NCBI GenBank assembly: GCA_030917625.1
Contig: JAUPUJ010000001.1
Location: forward strand, 1-35,170
DNA: 35,170 bases
DNA from: Patescibacteria group bacterium
GTDB lineage: Bacteria > Patescibacteriota > Minisyncoccia > Phycocordibacterales > XYD1-FULL-46-19
Direction of reading: 5' to 3'
This document shows positions 25,558 through 33,752 of this stretch, one piece after another. The first letter of the stretch is position 1, and each line of letters begins with the position of its first letter. The notes beneath the pieces were generated by a model. That model ran no database searches. It had not been told where the DNA came from and saw only the letters and a list, made by a program, of their open reading frames with translations. A program made the position numbers and the translations under genes.

Positions 25558-27135
25558 TTAAACCTTATTAACTTCAGCAAAAGGAATTAACCCCTCAAAA
25601 GCTTTTTTCATCGCATCTTCACGCATCGACAGGTAACCTTTGGACCGAGCGTAATTGTAAATCTCCTCTTCGTTGGGATTTTTTAAAATAATCCTCTCCA
25701 ATTCTCGATCCATGGGCAACATTTCAAAAACTGCTGTTCGGCCTTTAGTGCCCGACGGGCAACTCGGAGTTGGTTTGGCCTCATAAACCATATCTGGGAT
25801 CACAATATCTTTTTTATAGTCTTCACCTAAGTCAGCAAATTGTTTATCTATCATCACTTTTATACTGCCATCAACAGGTATCGCTTCCCTGCTATCAGAA
25901 CATAATAAAGGTACTAATCTCTGACCAATAGTCATAATGAGGGTCGGCGGAATTAGATAAGGATCAACACCCATATCTATAAGCCTTGGCACCACTCCAA
26001 TCGCACTATTAGTGTGAATAGTGGAAAATACTAAGTGTCCGGTCAACGCCGCTTGAATTGCGAGCTTAGCCGTGTCTTTGTCACGAATTTCACCCACCAT
26101 AATAATGTCGGGATCCTGACGTAAAATAGACCGCAGACCATTAGCAAAAGTATAATCGAGCTCAGCTCTCACTTGAGACTGATTAATACCTTTAATGTCA
26201 TACTCAATAGGATCTTCTAAACTCACAATATTATATTTTTCTTTATCAAGTGCATTTAGCATTGAATACAATGTTGTAGTTTTTCCCGAACCAGTTGGCC
26301 CCGTCAAGAGAATCATTCCGTGAGGGCGAGTGATTATTTCTTCCACTTTTTCTCTTTGAATAGTCGACAAACCAATAGAATCTAAAGTGATCATCTTCTT
26401 TTCTGGATCCAAAATACGTAACACTACTTTTTCGCCAAAATAAGTTGGGAAAGTGGAAACACGAAAATCAATTTTACGCCCCCCTATTTTGGCTGAAAAA
26501 CGACCATCTTGTGGTTTACGTTTTTCATCTAGTTTCATATTGGTTAAAATTTTTATTCTAGCGACCACCGCTTCATGAACCGTGTTTGGTAAAAATAAAC
26601 TAGTATATAAAATTCCATCAACTCGAAACCTGACTCTGACTTTTTCTTTAGATGGCTCAATGTGAATATCTGAAGCATTACCCTCTGTCGCATGTTGCAA
26701 AAGCACGCCCACAATTTTTGTGATCGGCGCTTCTTCGACTATATTATTTTCTCCAGTAGCCACCTGCTTTCCATCTTGAATCAGTTCGGCTTCATTATTA
26801 TTTTTAGTGGCAGCATTCTCGGAAGTAAATTGATCAAGAGCCTCGTCCACTTCACCCCCCAAACCCTCATAATTTTTGATCGCCCGGCCAAAATCCTCTG
26901 GAGAAATTAGAAAAATTTTAAACGGTAAATTATTTTTAGCGGCAATAAATTGCAGAGCGTCGCGAGCTTCTATATCATCTGGGTCAACCATGCCCACATT
27001 AAGAACACCATCTTTAAAATCTAAGGGTAAAATTTTGTAGTGAGTGGCCGCATCTTCAGGTATGTACTGCAAAATATCGAACTCGATATTATTATCCCCC
27101 AACTTGGCAATTGGAATATTTTTTGGGTCACTCAT
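25558..27135 (-). CDS. pilB: type IV pilus assembly ATPase PilB (GspE family)
   Basis: 525 aa. N-terminal GspE-N domain, Walker A GPTGSGKTTT and His box GHLVFSTIHTNSA. Confidence 0.92.
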   Translation of the reverse strand: MSDPKNIPIAKLGDNNIEFDILQYIPEDAATHYKILPLDFKDGVLNVGMVDPDDIEARDALQFIAAKNNLPFKIFLISPEDFGRAIKNYEGLGGEVDEALDQFTSENAATKNNNEAELIQDGKQVATGENNIVEEAPITKIVGVLLQHATEGNASDIHIEPSKEKVRVRFRVDGILYTSLFLPNTVHEAVVARIKILTNMKLDEKRKPQDGRFSAKIGGRKIDFRVSTFPTYFGEKVVLRILDPEKKMITLDSIGLSTIQREKVEEIITRPHGMILLTGPTGSGKTTTLYSMLNALDKEKYNIVSLEDPIEYDIKGINQSQVRAELDYTFANGLRSILRQDPDIIMVGEIRDKDTAKLAIQAALTGHLVFSTIHTNSAIGVVPRLIDMGVDPYLIPPTLIMTIGQRLVPLLCSDSREAIPVDGSIKVMIDKQFADLGEDYKKDIVIPDMVYEAKPTPSCPSGTKGRTAVFEMLPMDRELERIILKNPNEEEIYNYARSKGYLSMREDAMKKAFEGLIPFAEVNKV

Positions 27136-27147
27136 AATATATAAATC

Positions 27148-27615
27148 TTAATTAGCAAAATCATCCTCTACCGCCTGGTCAGTAGCATTCATTTCTGCCT
27201 CTAGGATTTGATCGCTAGAAATATTATCATCACTAGAATTCTCTACAGTCTCGGCAGTAATAGATTCTTCAACAGCCTCCGTCTCACCTCCGAAAACATT
27301 AGCCGTACCTAAAGGCGCAAAAGGATTGGATCTGCCTTGAGGTCGACTAGGGATAGGCGTGGTGTAATTTACTAATTCTGTCGCAAAAACTGGATTATTA
27401 AAAATCTCGCCCGACAATTTAACTGACTGGAGAGACCTTAGTAAAACTAGAAATTCAGAAGTTTCTGTCGAGACATTAGGATTGGCGACGCTAGTTGAAG
27501 TTGTCGAAATACCCACCTCATCCTCGGGGCCAAAGAAGAAAAAATAACCAAATATTATTAAACCACAAACCAACAACAAGATCAGGATATTAATTAAAAT
27601 TTTAGATTGATTCAT
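27148..27615 (-). CDS. pilus-operon membrane protein of unknown function (PilP-position)
   Basis: 155 aa. One N-terminal TM, a central F..LL..L motif ending in GRSNPFAP, and an acidic C-terminal tail. Assigned only from its position between the pilO-like gene and pilB. Confidence 0.55.
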   Translation of the reverse strand: MNQSKILINILILLLVCGLIIFGYFFFFGPEDEVGISTTSTSVANPNVSTETSEFLVLLRSLQSVKLSGEIFNNPVFATELVNYTTPIPSRPQGRSNPFAPLGTANVFGGETEAVEESITAETVENSSDDNISSDQILEAEMNATDQAVEDDFAN

Positions 27616-27620
27616 AATAT

Positions 27621-28208
27621 TTATTTTAGCCAGTAAGTTTCGACATCGACTTTATAAGTATATTCTCCGGTTTCACTATCTTTGGTATCAAATTCTAATC
27701 TTGAAACATTTATCAGACGCAAACTATTTGATAAATCTCTCAGGAATGATTTCAATTCAGAATAAGAACCAGTCACATTAAAAGTAATTTTAGTAGTTTC
27801 CACAGCTGGTACTGCCCCCACACTACTCGGTGTGACATTTTTAGGATTACTATCAGCTAAAACCACTTCACCTAAAGTCATATTAGACCGGCCAGCGATA
27901 TTATTGATATCAACAATCAACTGCAAATTGTCGACGGAGTCTGGCAGAAAGTCATCTAGCCGAGCAATCTTATTTTGATCAAGACCCGCGATAACATTTC
28001 TTAAATTAGCAGCAGTTTCTTCTAATTTTCTAGCATCATTTAAAGCTTGTTCTAGAGCTATTTTTTCGGCGCGCAACTCTACAATACTAGCTTTATTATT
28101 ACCAAAAAATATAGAATCGCCACCATTAATTAAGGTGTCGGTAAAACCTAAATAAATACCGCCAGCCAGAGCTAAAAAAACAATTGGTAAAATAATATTT
28201 TTAATCAT
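27621..28208 (-). CDS. pilO: PilO-like pilus assembly protein
   Basis: 195 aa. Single TM, coiled-coil segment (ELRAEKIALEQALNDARKLEE), C-terminal alpha/beta domain. Sits after the pilN-like gene. Confidence 0.6.
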   Translation of the reverse strand: MIKNIILPIVFLALAGGIYLGFTDTLINGGDSIFFGNNKASIVELRAEKIALEQALNDARKLEETAANLRNVIAGLDQNKIARLDDFLPDSVDNLQLIVDINNIAGRSNMTLGEVVLADSNPKNVTPSSVGAVPAVETTKITFNVTGSYSELKSFLRDLSNSLRLINVSRLEFDTKDSETGEYTYKVDVETYWLK

Positions 28209-28209
28209 T

Positions 28210-28812
28210 TTAATTCGTATTAAAAACTAAAAGGTCTGAATTTGGCAATAATTTAGCAGTAAACACCACTTGCCCCGCATCATTTAAATCGACATCAGAA
28301 AATACTACGGCTTTCACTCCAGGATTTTTTTCTAAAGTTTTTACCTGAGAGGCGAGGTCGGCATAACTAGTCGCCACCCCCTCTAGAGTCACCCCACCAT
28401 CCACATTAAAAACCATCGCACTAAATCTGACAGTGTGCAGAGTTTCTGTTTCAATCAAATCAAGCAAAGGCACCAAAGAAATATGTCGATCAATCAACCC
28501 AGCAGCAGCGGTCATTTTTTTATCCAAACGACTGTAACGAATAATTTCTTCAATCCCAAGTTCTTCCCGTGTCCGATCAACGGTGGCTTTAAGTCCACAA
28601 GCACTACCATCACCACCACAAGGTTTATTCACCTGACGATCTAAAACCGCTCGGTAACCAAAACTACCAGCAAAAACTAGAAGTGATATTCCCAACAAAA
28701 GTAGAGAGATCAACAAGAGCAAACCCAAAGACGATTCCCGCCGAGCGCGTCTAGTAGACACCGCTCCTTGTTTAGGAATGAAAGAACTTGTTTGATTTTG
28801 ATCTACCATCAT
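28210..28812 (-). CDS. pilN: PilN-like pilus assembly protein
   Basis: 200 aa. Short cytoplasmic N-terminus, single TM (LLLLISLLLLGISLLVFAG) and an extracytoplasmic domain. Immediately downstream of pilM. Confidence 0.6.
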   Translation of the reverse strand: MMVDQNQTSSFIPKQGAVSTRRARRESSLGLLLLISLLLLGISLLVFAGSFGYRAVLDRQVNKPCGGDGSACGLKATVDRTREELGIEEIIRYSRLDKKMTAAAGLIDRHISLVPLLDLIETETLHTVRFSAMVFNVDGGVTLEGVATSYADLASQVKTLEKNPGVKAVVFSDVDLNDAGQVVFTAKLLPNSDLLVFNTN

Positions 28813-28845
28813 GTTTTTTTATTAAAAAATTTAACTATTTATATT

Positions 28846-30000
28846 TTAAACTCTTTTGTCTTCTTGTAACAATCGCAGTGCTAGTCCAATCGAAACCGCA
28901 AACTCTGGCCCAATATTATTTAAAGCATTTTTCAGAAAAGCAGGAGCCTCTACTCGGTCAAATGGTGTGCCTAAAATAACTGGAGCGTACAATCTTTCTT
29001 CGGCAATCGGCAATAATCCTTTAAGCATTGCTCCACCACCAATTAAAATTACTTTATCAATACTCCGACTATAATCCTTTTGATATTCTACCATAGCTTG
29101 ATTAACTTCGGAGAAAATATATTCAGTAATGGGACTAATAGTCTGTCCAATATCTTTGTCGCCAAACTTTTCCACCAGCCCAACTTCTCTTTTTATTTCT
29201 TCCGCCTTAATAAAAGGCACCGACAACGATCTTTCAATGGCTAAAGTAATATCTTGAGCGCCTTTGTTTATAGTGTGTGACAATCTGATGATACCTTGCT
29301 CTACTACCACAAGCTTCGTAGTCACCGCTCCCAAGTCTACTATCGCCGTCACCCCAAAATCACTTTGAATAGATGCTCTCATGGCACTAAAAGTTTCTAT
29401 CTCTAAAAATTCTGTATCTATTTTAGAATCTTTAGCGATCTGTTCATACTGTCTTAAGGTGTCATTATGAATAGCTACAATCAGCACCTTTAATTTTTTA
29501 ACATCCAAGACCTGATTATTTTTATCATCACCCGTAGGCTGTGGAGTTGGCGCCTGACCAGGAATATATGTGGAACGATTGGATTCAGGGATAATAGACC
29601 AATCGAGCATAACTTCAGTTATGGGTACTGGTATATATTTTCGAGCTTCAATTGGAATCATGGTTGCCAATTTATCCTCAGGCATATCTGGCACCTCAAT
29701 ATTGACGAGCAAACTAGATCGCAGGGGAATAGAAATAGCCCCTAGTTTAGTGGTGATATTGGCTTCGCGAAATAAATCTGACAGTAAAGCCGACAATTGA
29801 TCAGAAGCTAAGGTTACTGCCTGGCCCACAGCTTTATCACCATAAGGACCAGTCGCTAGTTCCCCATAGGTTTCAAGTACTGCTCGACCGTTTTCATTTT
29901 TCAATTGAATAACTTTAACGGAAGACGAACCAATATCTACACCAAGAACGCTGGTGCTCTTATTAAAAAGACCTGATAGCTTCGAAAAAGGATTGGACAT
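28846..30000 (-). CDS. pilM: type IV pilus assembly protein PilM (actin-like ATPase fold)
   Basis: 384 aa. Phosphate-1-like motif VLGVDIGSSSVKVIQL and a second DLGAVTTKLVVV motif. First gene of the pilus string. Confidence 0.85.
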   Translation of the reverse strand: MSNPFSKLSGLFNKSTSVLGVDIGSSSVKVIQLKNENGRAVLETYGELATGPYGDKAVGQAVTLASDQLSALLSDLFREANITTKLGAISIPLRSSLLVNIEVPDMPEDKLATMIPIEARKYIPVPITEVMLDWSIIPESNRSTYIPGQAPTPQPTGDDKNNQVLDVKKLKVLIVAIHNDTLRQYEQIAKDSKIDTEFLEIETFSAMRASIQSDFGVTAIVDLGAVTTKLVVVEQGIIRLSHTINKGAQDITLAIERSLSVPFIKAEEIKREVGLVEKFGDKDIGQTISPITEYIFSEVNQAMVEYQKDYSRSIDKVILIGGGAMLKGLLPIAEERLYAPVILGTPFDRVEAPAFLKNALNNIGPEFAVSIGLALRLLQEDKRV

Positions 30001-30028
30001 AGCTCATATTTTATAACAAAATTATACC

Positions 30029-30709
30029 ATGCAACACGGAAACTTGCGTGGTGTTTTTTCTAAACTTATCCACATTGGATTGGATATTTTTCTCCCCGAA
30101 CGCTGTGTTAATTGTTTTCGAGTCGGAAAAATTTTATGTGATGATTGTTTACATAAATTAACCCCAGAAAACAGATTAATTACAGAAAATATTATTGCGG
30201 TTTTCCCCTATCAAGATAAAATCATTAAAAAATTAATCTGGCATTTAAAATTTAAAAGTGCGGGCAGTGTGGCTGAAGTTTTGGCCCCTTTTTTAGAAGA
30301 AACTATCTTAGATCATCTTGATCAAAATTTTGAAAACACTCTTTACCACCAAAAAGTTTTACTAGTCCCCATCCCCCAATACTCGAACCGGACTAAAGCT
30401 CGCGGTTACAATCAATCAAAAATATTAGTAGAAAAAATTTGTACTCGCTCACCTGAAAATTTTCTAGCGGCCGAAGTATTAATTAAAACTAAAAACACCC
30501 CGTCTCAAGTCTCTTGTAAAACAAGAAGTGTCAGATTGGAAAATATAAAAAATTCTTTTGCTATAAAACCTGACGCAAATTTACAATGTAAAATTGTTTG
30601 TGTAATAGATGACGTGACCACAACTGGCGCCACCTTAAGTGAAGCCATTAAAATTTTACAGAGCAGTCGCCCCGCCCACATTTTTGCAGTGACTGTAGCA
30701 CATGGGTAA
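30029..30709 (+). CDS. comFC: ComF-family phosphoribosyltransferase (competence protein ComFC-like)
   Basis: 226 aa. N-terminal Zn-finger Cys pairs (CVNCF...CDDC) and a PRPP-binding loop (VCVIDDVTTTGATL). Confidence 0.85.
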   Translation: MQHGNLRGVFSKLIHIGLDIFLPERCVNCFRVGKILCDDCLHKLTPENRLITENIIAVFPYQDKIIKKLIWHLKFKSAGSVAEVLAPFLEETILDHLDQNFENTLYHQKVLLVPIPQYSNRTKARGYNQSKILVEKICTRSPENFLAAEVLIKTKNTPSQVSCKTRSVRLENIKNSFAIKPDANLQCKIVCVIDDVTTTGATLSEAIKILQSSRPAHIFAVTVAHG

Positions 30710-30716
30710 ATACGCG

Positions 30717-30745
30717 TTGTCTAAGACTATAAAAACTGCTACTAT
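30717..30745 (+). promoter_or_regulatory. putative sigma70-type promoter for tRNA-Ser
   Basis: TTGTCT, a 17-nt spacer, then TACTAT. The -10 element ends 12 nt before the tRNA 5' end. Confidence 0.4.
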
Positions 30746-30757
30746 CATACGGTAAAT

Positions 30758-30849
30758 GGAGGGTTGGCTGAGTGGCCGAAAGCGCCTCACTGCTAACGAG
30801 GTAGGGGTTTTAAAGCTCCTCGAGGGTTCGAATCCCTCACCCTCCGCCA
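30758..30849 (+). tRNA. tRNA-Ser(GCU), CCA encoded
   Basis: GGAGGGT acceptor, anticodon loop CTGCTAA, long variable arm (TAGGGGTTTTAAAGCTCCTC), T arm GAGGG-TTCGAAT-CCCTC, then ACCCTCC-G-CCA. Confidence 0.9.
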
Positions 30850-30871
30850 TTAGTTTTAATCAAATATTATT

Positions 30872-30985
30872 ATGAAAAACTCAAGTCACAATAGTAAGTC
30901 ATCAAGTTTTAAAAACGGTAATTCAATGAAACCAACCAAGAATAATTTTTCTCGGCCGACCATCAGAAACAACCGTAAACCTTAA
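30872..30985 (+). CDS. possible 37-aa basic S/N/K-rich micro-ORF
   Basis: ATG...TAA translated by hand: MKNSSHNSKSSSFKNGNSMKPTKNNFSRPTIRNNRKP. It fills the gap between tRNA-Ser and a strong terminator. No Shine-Dalgarno is seen and the composition is low-complexity. Confidence 0.2.
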   Translation: MKNSSHNSKSSSFKNGNSMKPTKNNFSRPTIRNNRKP

Positions 30986-30993
30986 ATAAAAAA

Positions 30994-31027
30994 ACCGCGG
31001 AGCGACAAGCGCCCGGCGGTTTTTTGT
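30994..31027. terminator. bidirectional GC-rich intrinsic terminator
   Basis: AAAAAAA-ACCGCGGAGCG-ACAAG-CGCCCGGCGGT-TTTTTGTTG. About 10 bp of stem with two bulges. Lies between convergent units. Confidence 0.8.
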
Positions 31028-31043
31028 TGTGATTCCTCAATTC

Positions 31044-31340
31044 TCAGCTGGCAACTCTAACCCTGTTTCCAACAGAGATAACGAGACCCAATTCGTGGGT
31101 ATCTGCCCAGGTCCTAAGTGATAGCCCAGTTCGCTGTTCAACTGTAAATATAGGAATACCTTTTAGATCATACCGAAGAAGGACAGCACCTAACGGAAGA
31201 TCGGGAGCACTAAAAATCCTAGCGTAGGGCTCAATCACTCCCGTTAGCCAATCTTCGACGGATGAAACAAATACTCTTCCCCCAACCAAGATCCCTTCAA
31301 ACCAAAATGGTGTAAACAGCGCAACCTCTGCATTCGACAT
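31044..31340 (-). CDS. hypothetical protein (98 aa), GC-richer than its neighbours, TGA stop
   Basis: I prefer the ATG at 31340 (MSNAEVALF...), which is preceded by GGAGAG 7 nt upstream, over the TTG at 31370 given in the ORF track. No recognisable domain. Confidence 0.55.
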   Translation of the reverse strand: MSNAEVALFTPFWFEGILVGGRVFVSSVEDWLTGVIEPYARIFSAPDLPLGAVLLRYDLKGIPIFTVEQRTGLSLRTWADTHELGLVISVGNRVRVAS

Positions 31341-31471
31341 TTTTACTCTCCATATTCCGCTTTGGGCCAATGTGAATCACAACAAAAAAAGAACTCCATC
31401 TATAATTATAGCATAAATAAACCCAAAGTCAATTTAAAATATCTGGATAAAAATAAGTTATAATATTAGCC

Positions 31472-33610
31472 ATGCAACCTCATGACCTTATTACCGCTCA
31501 CTTTCGGCTCAAAATTGACCAGAAAAAAGCCCTGGAACGCCTTAAAATTTTTACTTTGGCTGATCTTCTACTGTACCCACCTCAAAAATACATCCACCAA
31601 GGCGACCTCCAGCATGTTTATAATTTAATAGACGGTCAGACAGCTGTCATTTGGGGTAAAGTCGTAAGAGCTGGCACTAAAAAAGCTTTTAAATCTGGCG
31701 TACCCATGGCTGAAGCGGTGATCGAAGATGAGACTGGGAAAATAAATGCTATTTGGTTTAATCAAGCTTTTTTAGGAAAAAAATTAATCCCCGGTATGGC
31801 GGTTAAACTGTCGGGTAAAATTAGCGAGCGATCAGGTAAACTTTATTTCACCAATCCTGATGTTTCTTTCGAAGACACTCCCGAGTGGGGTGGCCAAACT
31901 ATTTTTAGCACAAATACGGCGACTAATTATTTAATTCCGGTTTACCCAGCTACTGCTCACCTCTCGTCTGGTTGGATCTACTATCATATTCAAAAAATTT
32001 TAAGCGCCGGCGTTCATAAAGATATGACCGACCCCATCTCGCCGACTATTTTAAAAAAATATCATCTACCAACCCTCGCCACAGCTTTAGTTTGGCTTCA
32101 TAGTCCTAAAAATGACAAAGATGCCGACATGGCAAAAAAACGTTTTGCTTTCGAAGAAGTTTTTTATATTCAAATTGACAAAGGACTGGCCCGGCGTGAA
32201 TACCGAAAACACGGAGCGCGTAAAATAAATACCCCAGATAAAGATATTAAAAAATTTATTGACCGCTTCCCTTTTAAATTTACAAACACTCAAGGTGAAG
32301 TCACTCGGCAAATTGTTTTAGATTTAAAGAAAGCCGAACCCATGACGAGACTTTTAGAAGGTGACGTGGGTTCAGGTAAAACTGCTATTGCCGCCGCCGC
32401 CACTTTTGCTACTGTCGCTTCTGGCTTGGAAGTTGCCTATATGGTGCCGACAGAAATTTTAGCTCGCCAACATTTTGAAAGTTTTATTACCTATTTCGCC
32501 CATCTAGGTATTTCAGTCGGCCTTATGACCGGCAAAGAGTGTCGTAAATTTCCCTCTAAAGTTGACCCCCATGAGCACACTCATATTTCTCGGCCCCAAC
32601 TTCTAAAATGGGTGGCTAGTGGTGACATTCCTATTGTTATTGGTACTCATACCCTAATGCAAAAAAGTGTTATCTTCCGCAAACTAGGCCTGGCTATTAT
32701 CGACGAGCAACATCGGTTTGGAGTGATGCAAAGAAAAAATTTACTGAAAGATAAAGACGACAGTCAAACTGTCCCCCATCTTTTATCAATGACCGCGACT
32801 CCCATCCCCCGTACTCTGGCACTCGCCATTTTTGGCGACTTAGATTTATCTGTTTTAGATGAATTGCCACCAGGCCGTAAACCGATTATAACCAAAATTA
32901 TTTCACCCGATAAAAGACAAGATATTTATGAACAAATTAGAAGCGAACTGCGGGCTGGGCGCCAAGCTTATGTCATTTGCCCTCGAATCGACGAACCTGA
33001 CCCGGAAAAAGTTTCTGCCATGCAAATGAAAGCGGCTACCACCGAAGCTCGCGTCTTACAGACAAAAGTTTTTCCTGAATTTAAAGTTGGTCTTATTCAT
33101 AGCAAAATGTTGCCGGCCAAAAAAGAATCAGTGATGGAAGATTTTATCGCGGGTGATATAGATATTTTAGTCGCAACATCTGTGATTGAAGTCGGAGTTA
33201 ATGTGCCGAACGCCACAGTTATTATTATTGAGGGCGCCGAGCGTTTTGGTCTAGCCCAAATTCACCAGCTTCGAGGCCGGGTCATGAGATCATCGTACCA
33301 ACCATATTGTTTTTTATTTTCTGATACTAATAACAAAAATTCTTTTAAAAGATTGGAGGCTCTGACTTCAGCTAAAACTGGTTTTGATTTAGCAGAACTC
33401 GATTTGTCGCTCCGAGGCACGGGCAGCCTGTCGTCCACCGGCAAACAATGGGGCGTCTCCGACATCGGCATGGAGGCCATTAAAAATATTAAAATGGTCG
33501 AAGCCTCCAGGCAAGAAGCCCGTCTTATTGTCGACACTGACCCTGAATTCAAAAAACATCCCCTACTTAAAATAAAATTAGCTAAGCGCAAAGATGTGCA
33601 TTTGGAATAA
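31472..33610 (+). CDS. recG: ATP-dependent DNA helicase RecG
   Basis: 712 aa. N-terminal wedge/OB domain, helicase motif I GDVGSGKT, motif II DEQHRFG, and the C-terminal helicase lobe. Confidence 0.95.
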   Translation: MQPHDLITAHFRLKIDQKKALERLKIFTLADLLLYPPQKYIHQGDLQHVYNLIDGQTAVIWGKVVRAGTKKAFKSGVPMAEAVIEDETGKINAIWFNQAFLGKKLIPGMAVKLSGKISERSGKLYFTNPDVSFEDTPEWGGQTIFSTNTATNYLIPVYPATAHLSSGWIYYHIQKILSAGVHKDMTDPISPTILKKYHLPTLATALVWLHSPKNDKDADMAKKRFAFEEVFYIQIDKGLARREYRKHGARKINTPDKDIKKFIDRFPFKFTNTQGEVTRQIVLDLKKAEPMTRLLEGDVGSGKTAIAAAATFATVASGLEVAYMVPTEILARQHFESFITYFAHLGISVGLMTGKECRKFPSKVDPHEHTHISRPQLLKWVASGDIPIVIGTHTLMQKSVIFRKLGLAIIDEQHRFGVMQRKNLLKDKDDSQTVPHLLSMTATPIPRTLALAIFGDLDLSVLDELPPGRKPIITKIISPDKRQDIYEQIRSELRAGRQAYVICPRIDEPDPEKVSAMQMKAATTEARVLQTKVFPEFKVGLIHSKMLPAKKESVMEDFIAGDIDILVATSVIEVGVNVPNATVIIIEGAERFGLAQIHQLRGRVMRSSYQPYCFLFSDTNNKNSFKRLEALTSAKTGFDLAELDLSLRGTGSLSSTGKQWGVSDIGMEAIKNIKMVEASRQEARLIVDTDPEFKKHPLLKIKLAKRKDVHLE

Positions 33611-33684
33611 TTTAGACAGAGTCGCCCAATGTAAATCAGGAAACAAAAGACTGTAGTAGAGAACGGGAAAAATTTTATTGTGTA

Positions 33685-33719
33685 TAAAAAAGCCCCGCGA
33701 TGCTGTAAGCACGCGGGGC
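33685..33719 (-). terminator. intrinsic terminator downstream of CDS 33753-34868
   Basis: Minus strand GCCCCGCG-UGCUUACAGCAU-CGCGGGGC (8-bp GC stem) followed by UUUUUUAUACAC. Confidence 0.8.
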
Positions 33720-33752
33720 AATAAACTAAAGAACTAATTTGTGGGCTAAAAC

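Noticed and set aside
30656-30850. 64-aa minus-strand ORF
   Set aside because: It is antisense to tRNA-Ser and to the 3' end of comFC.
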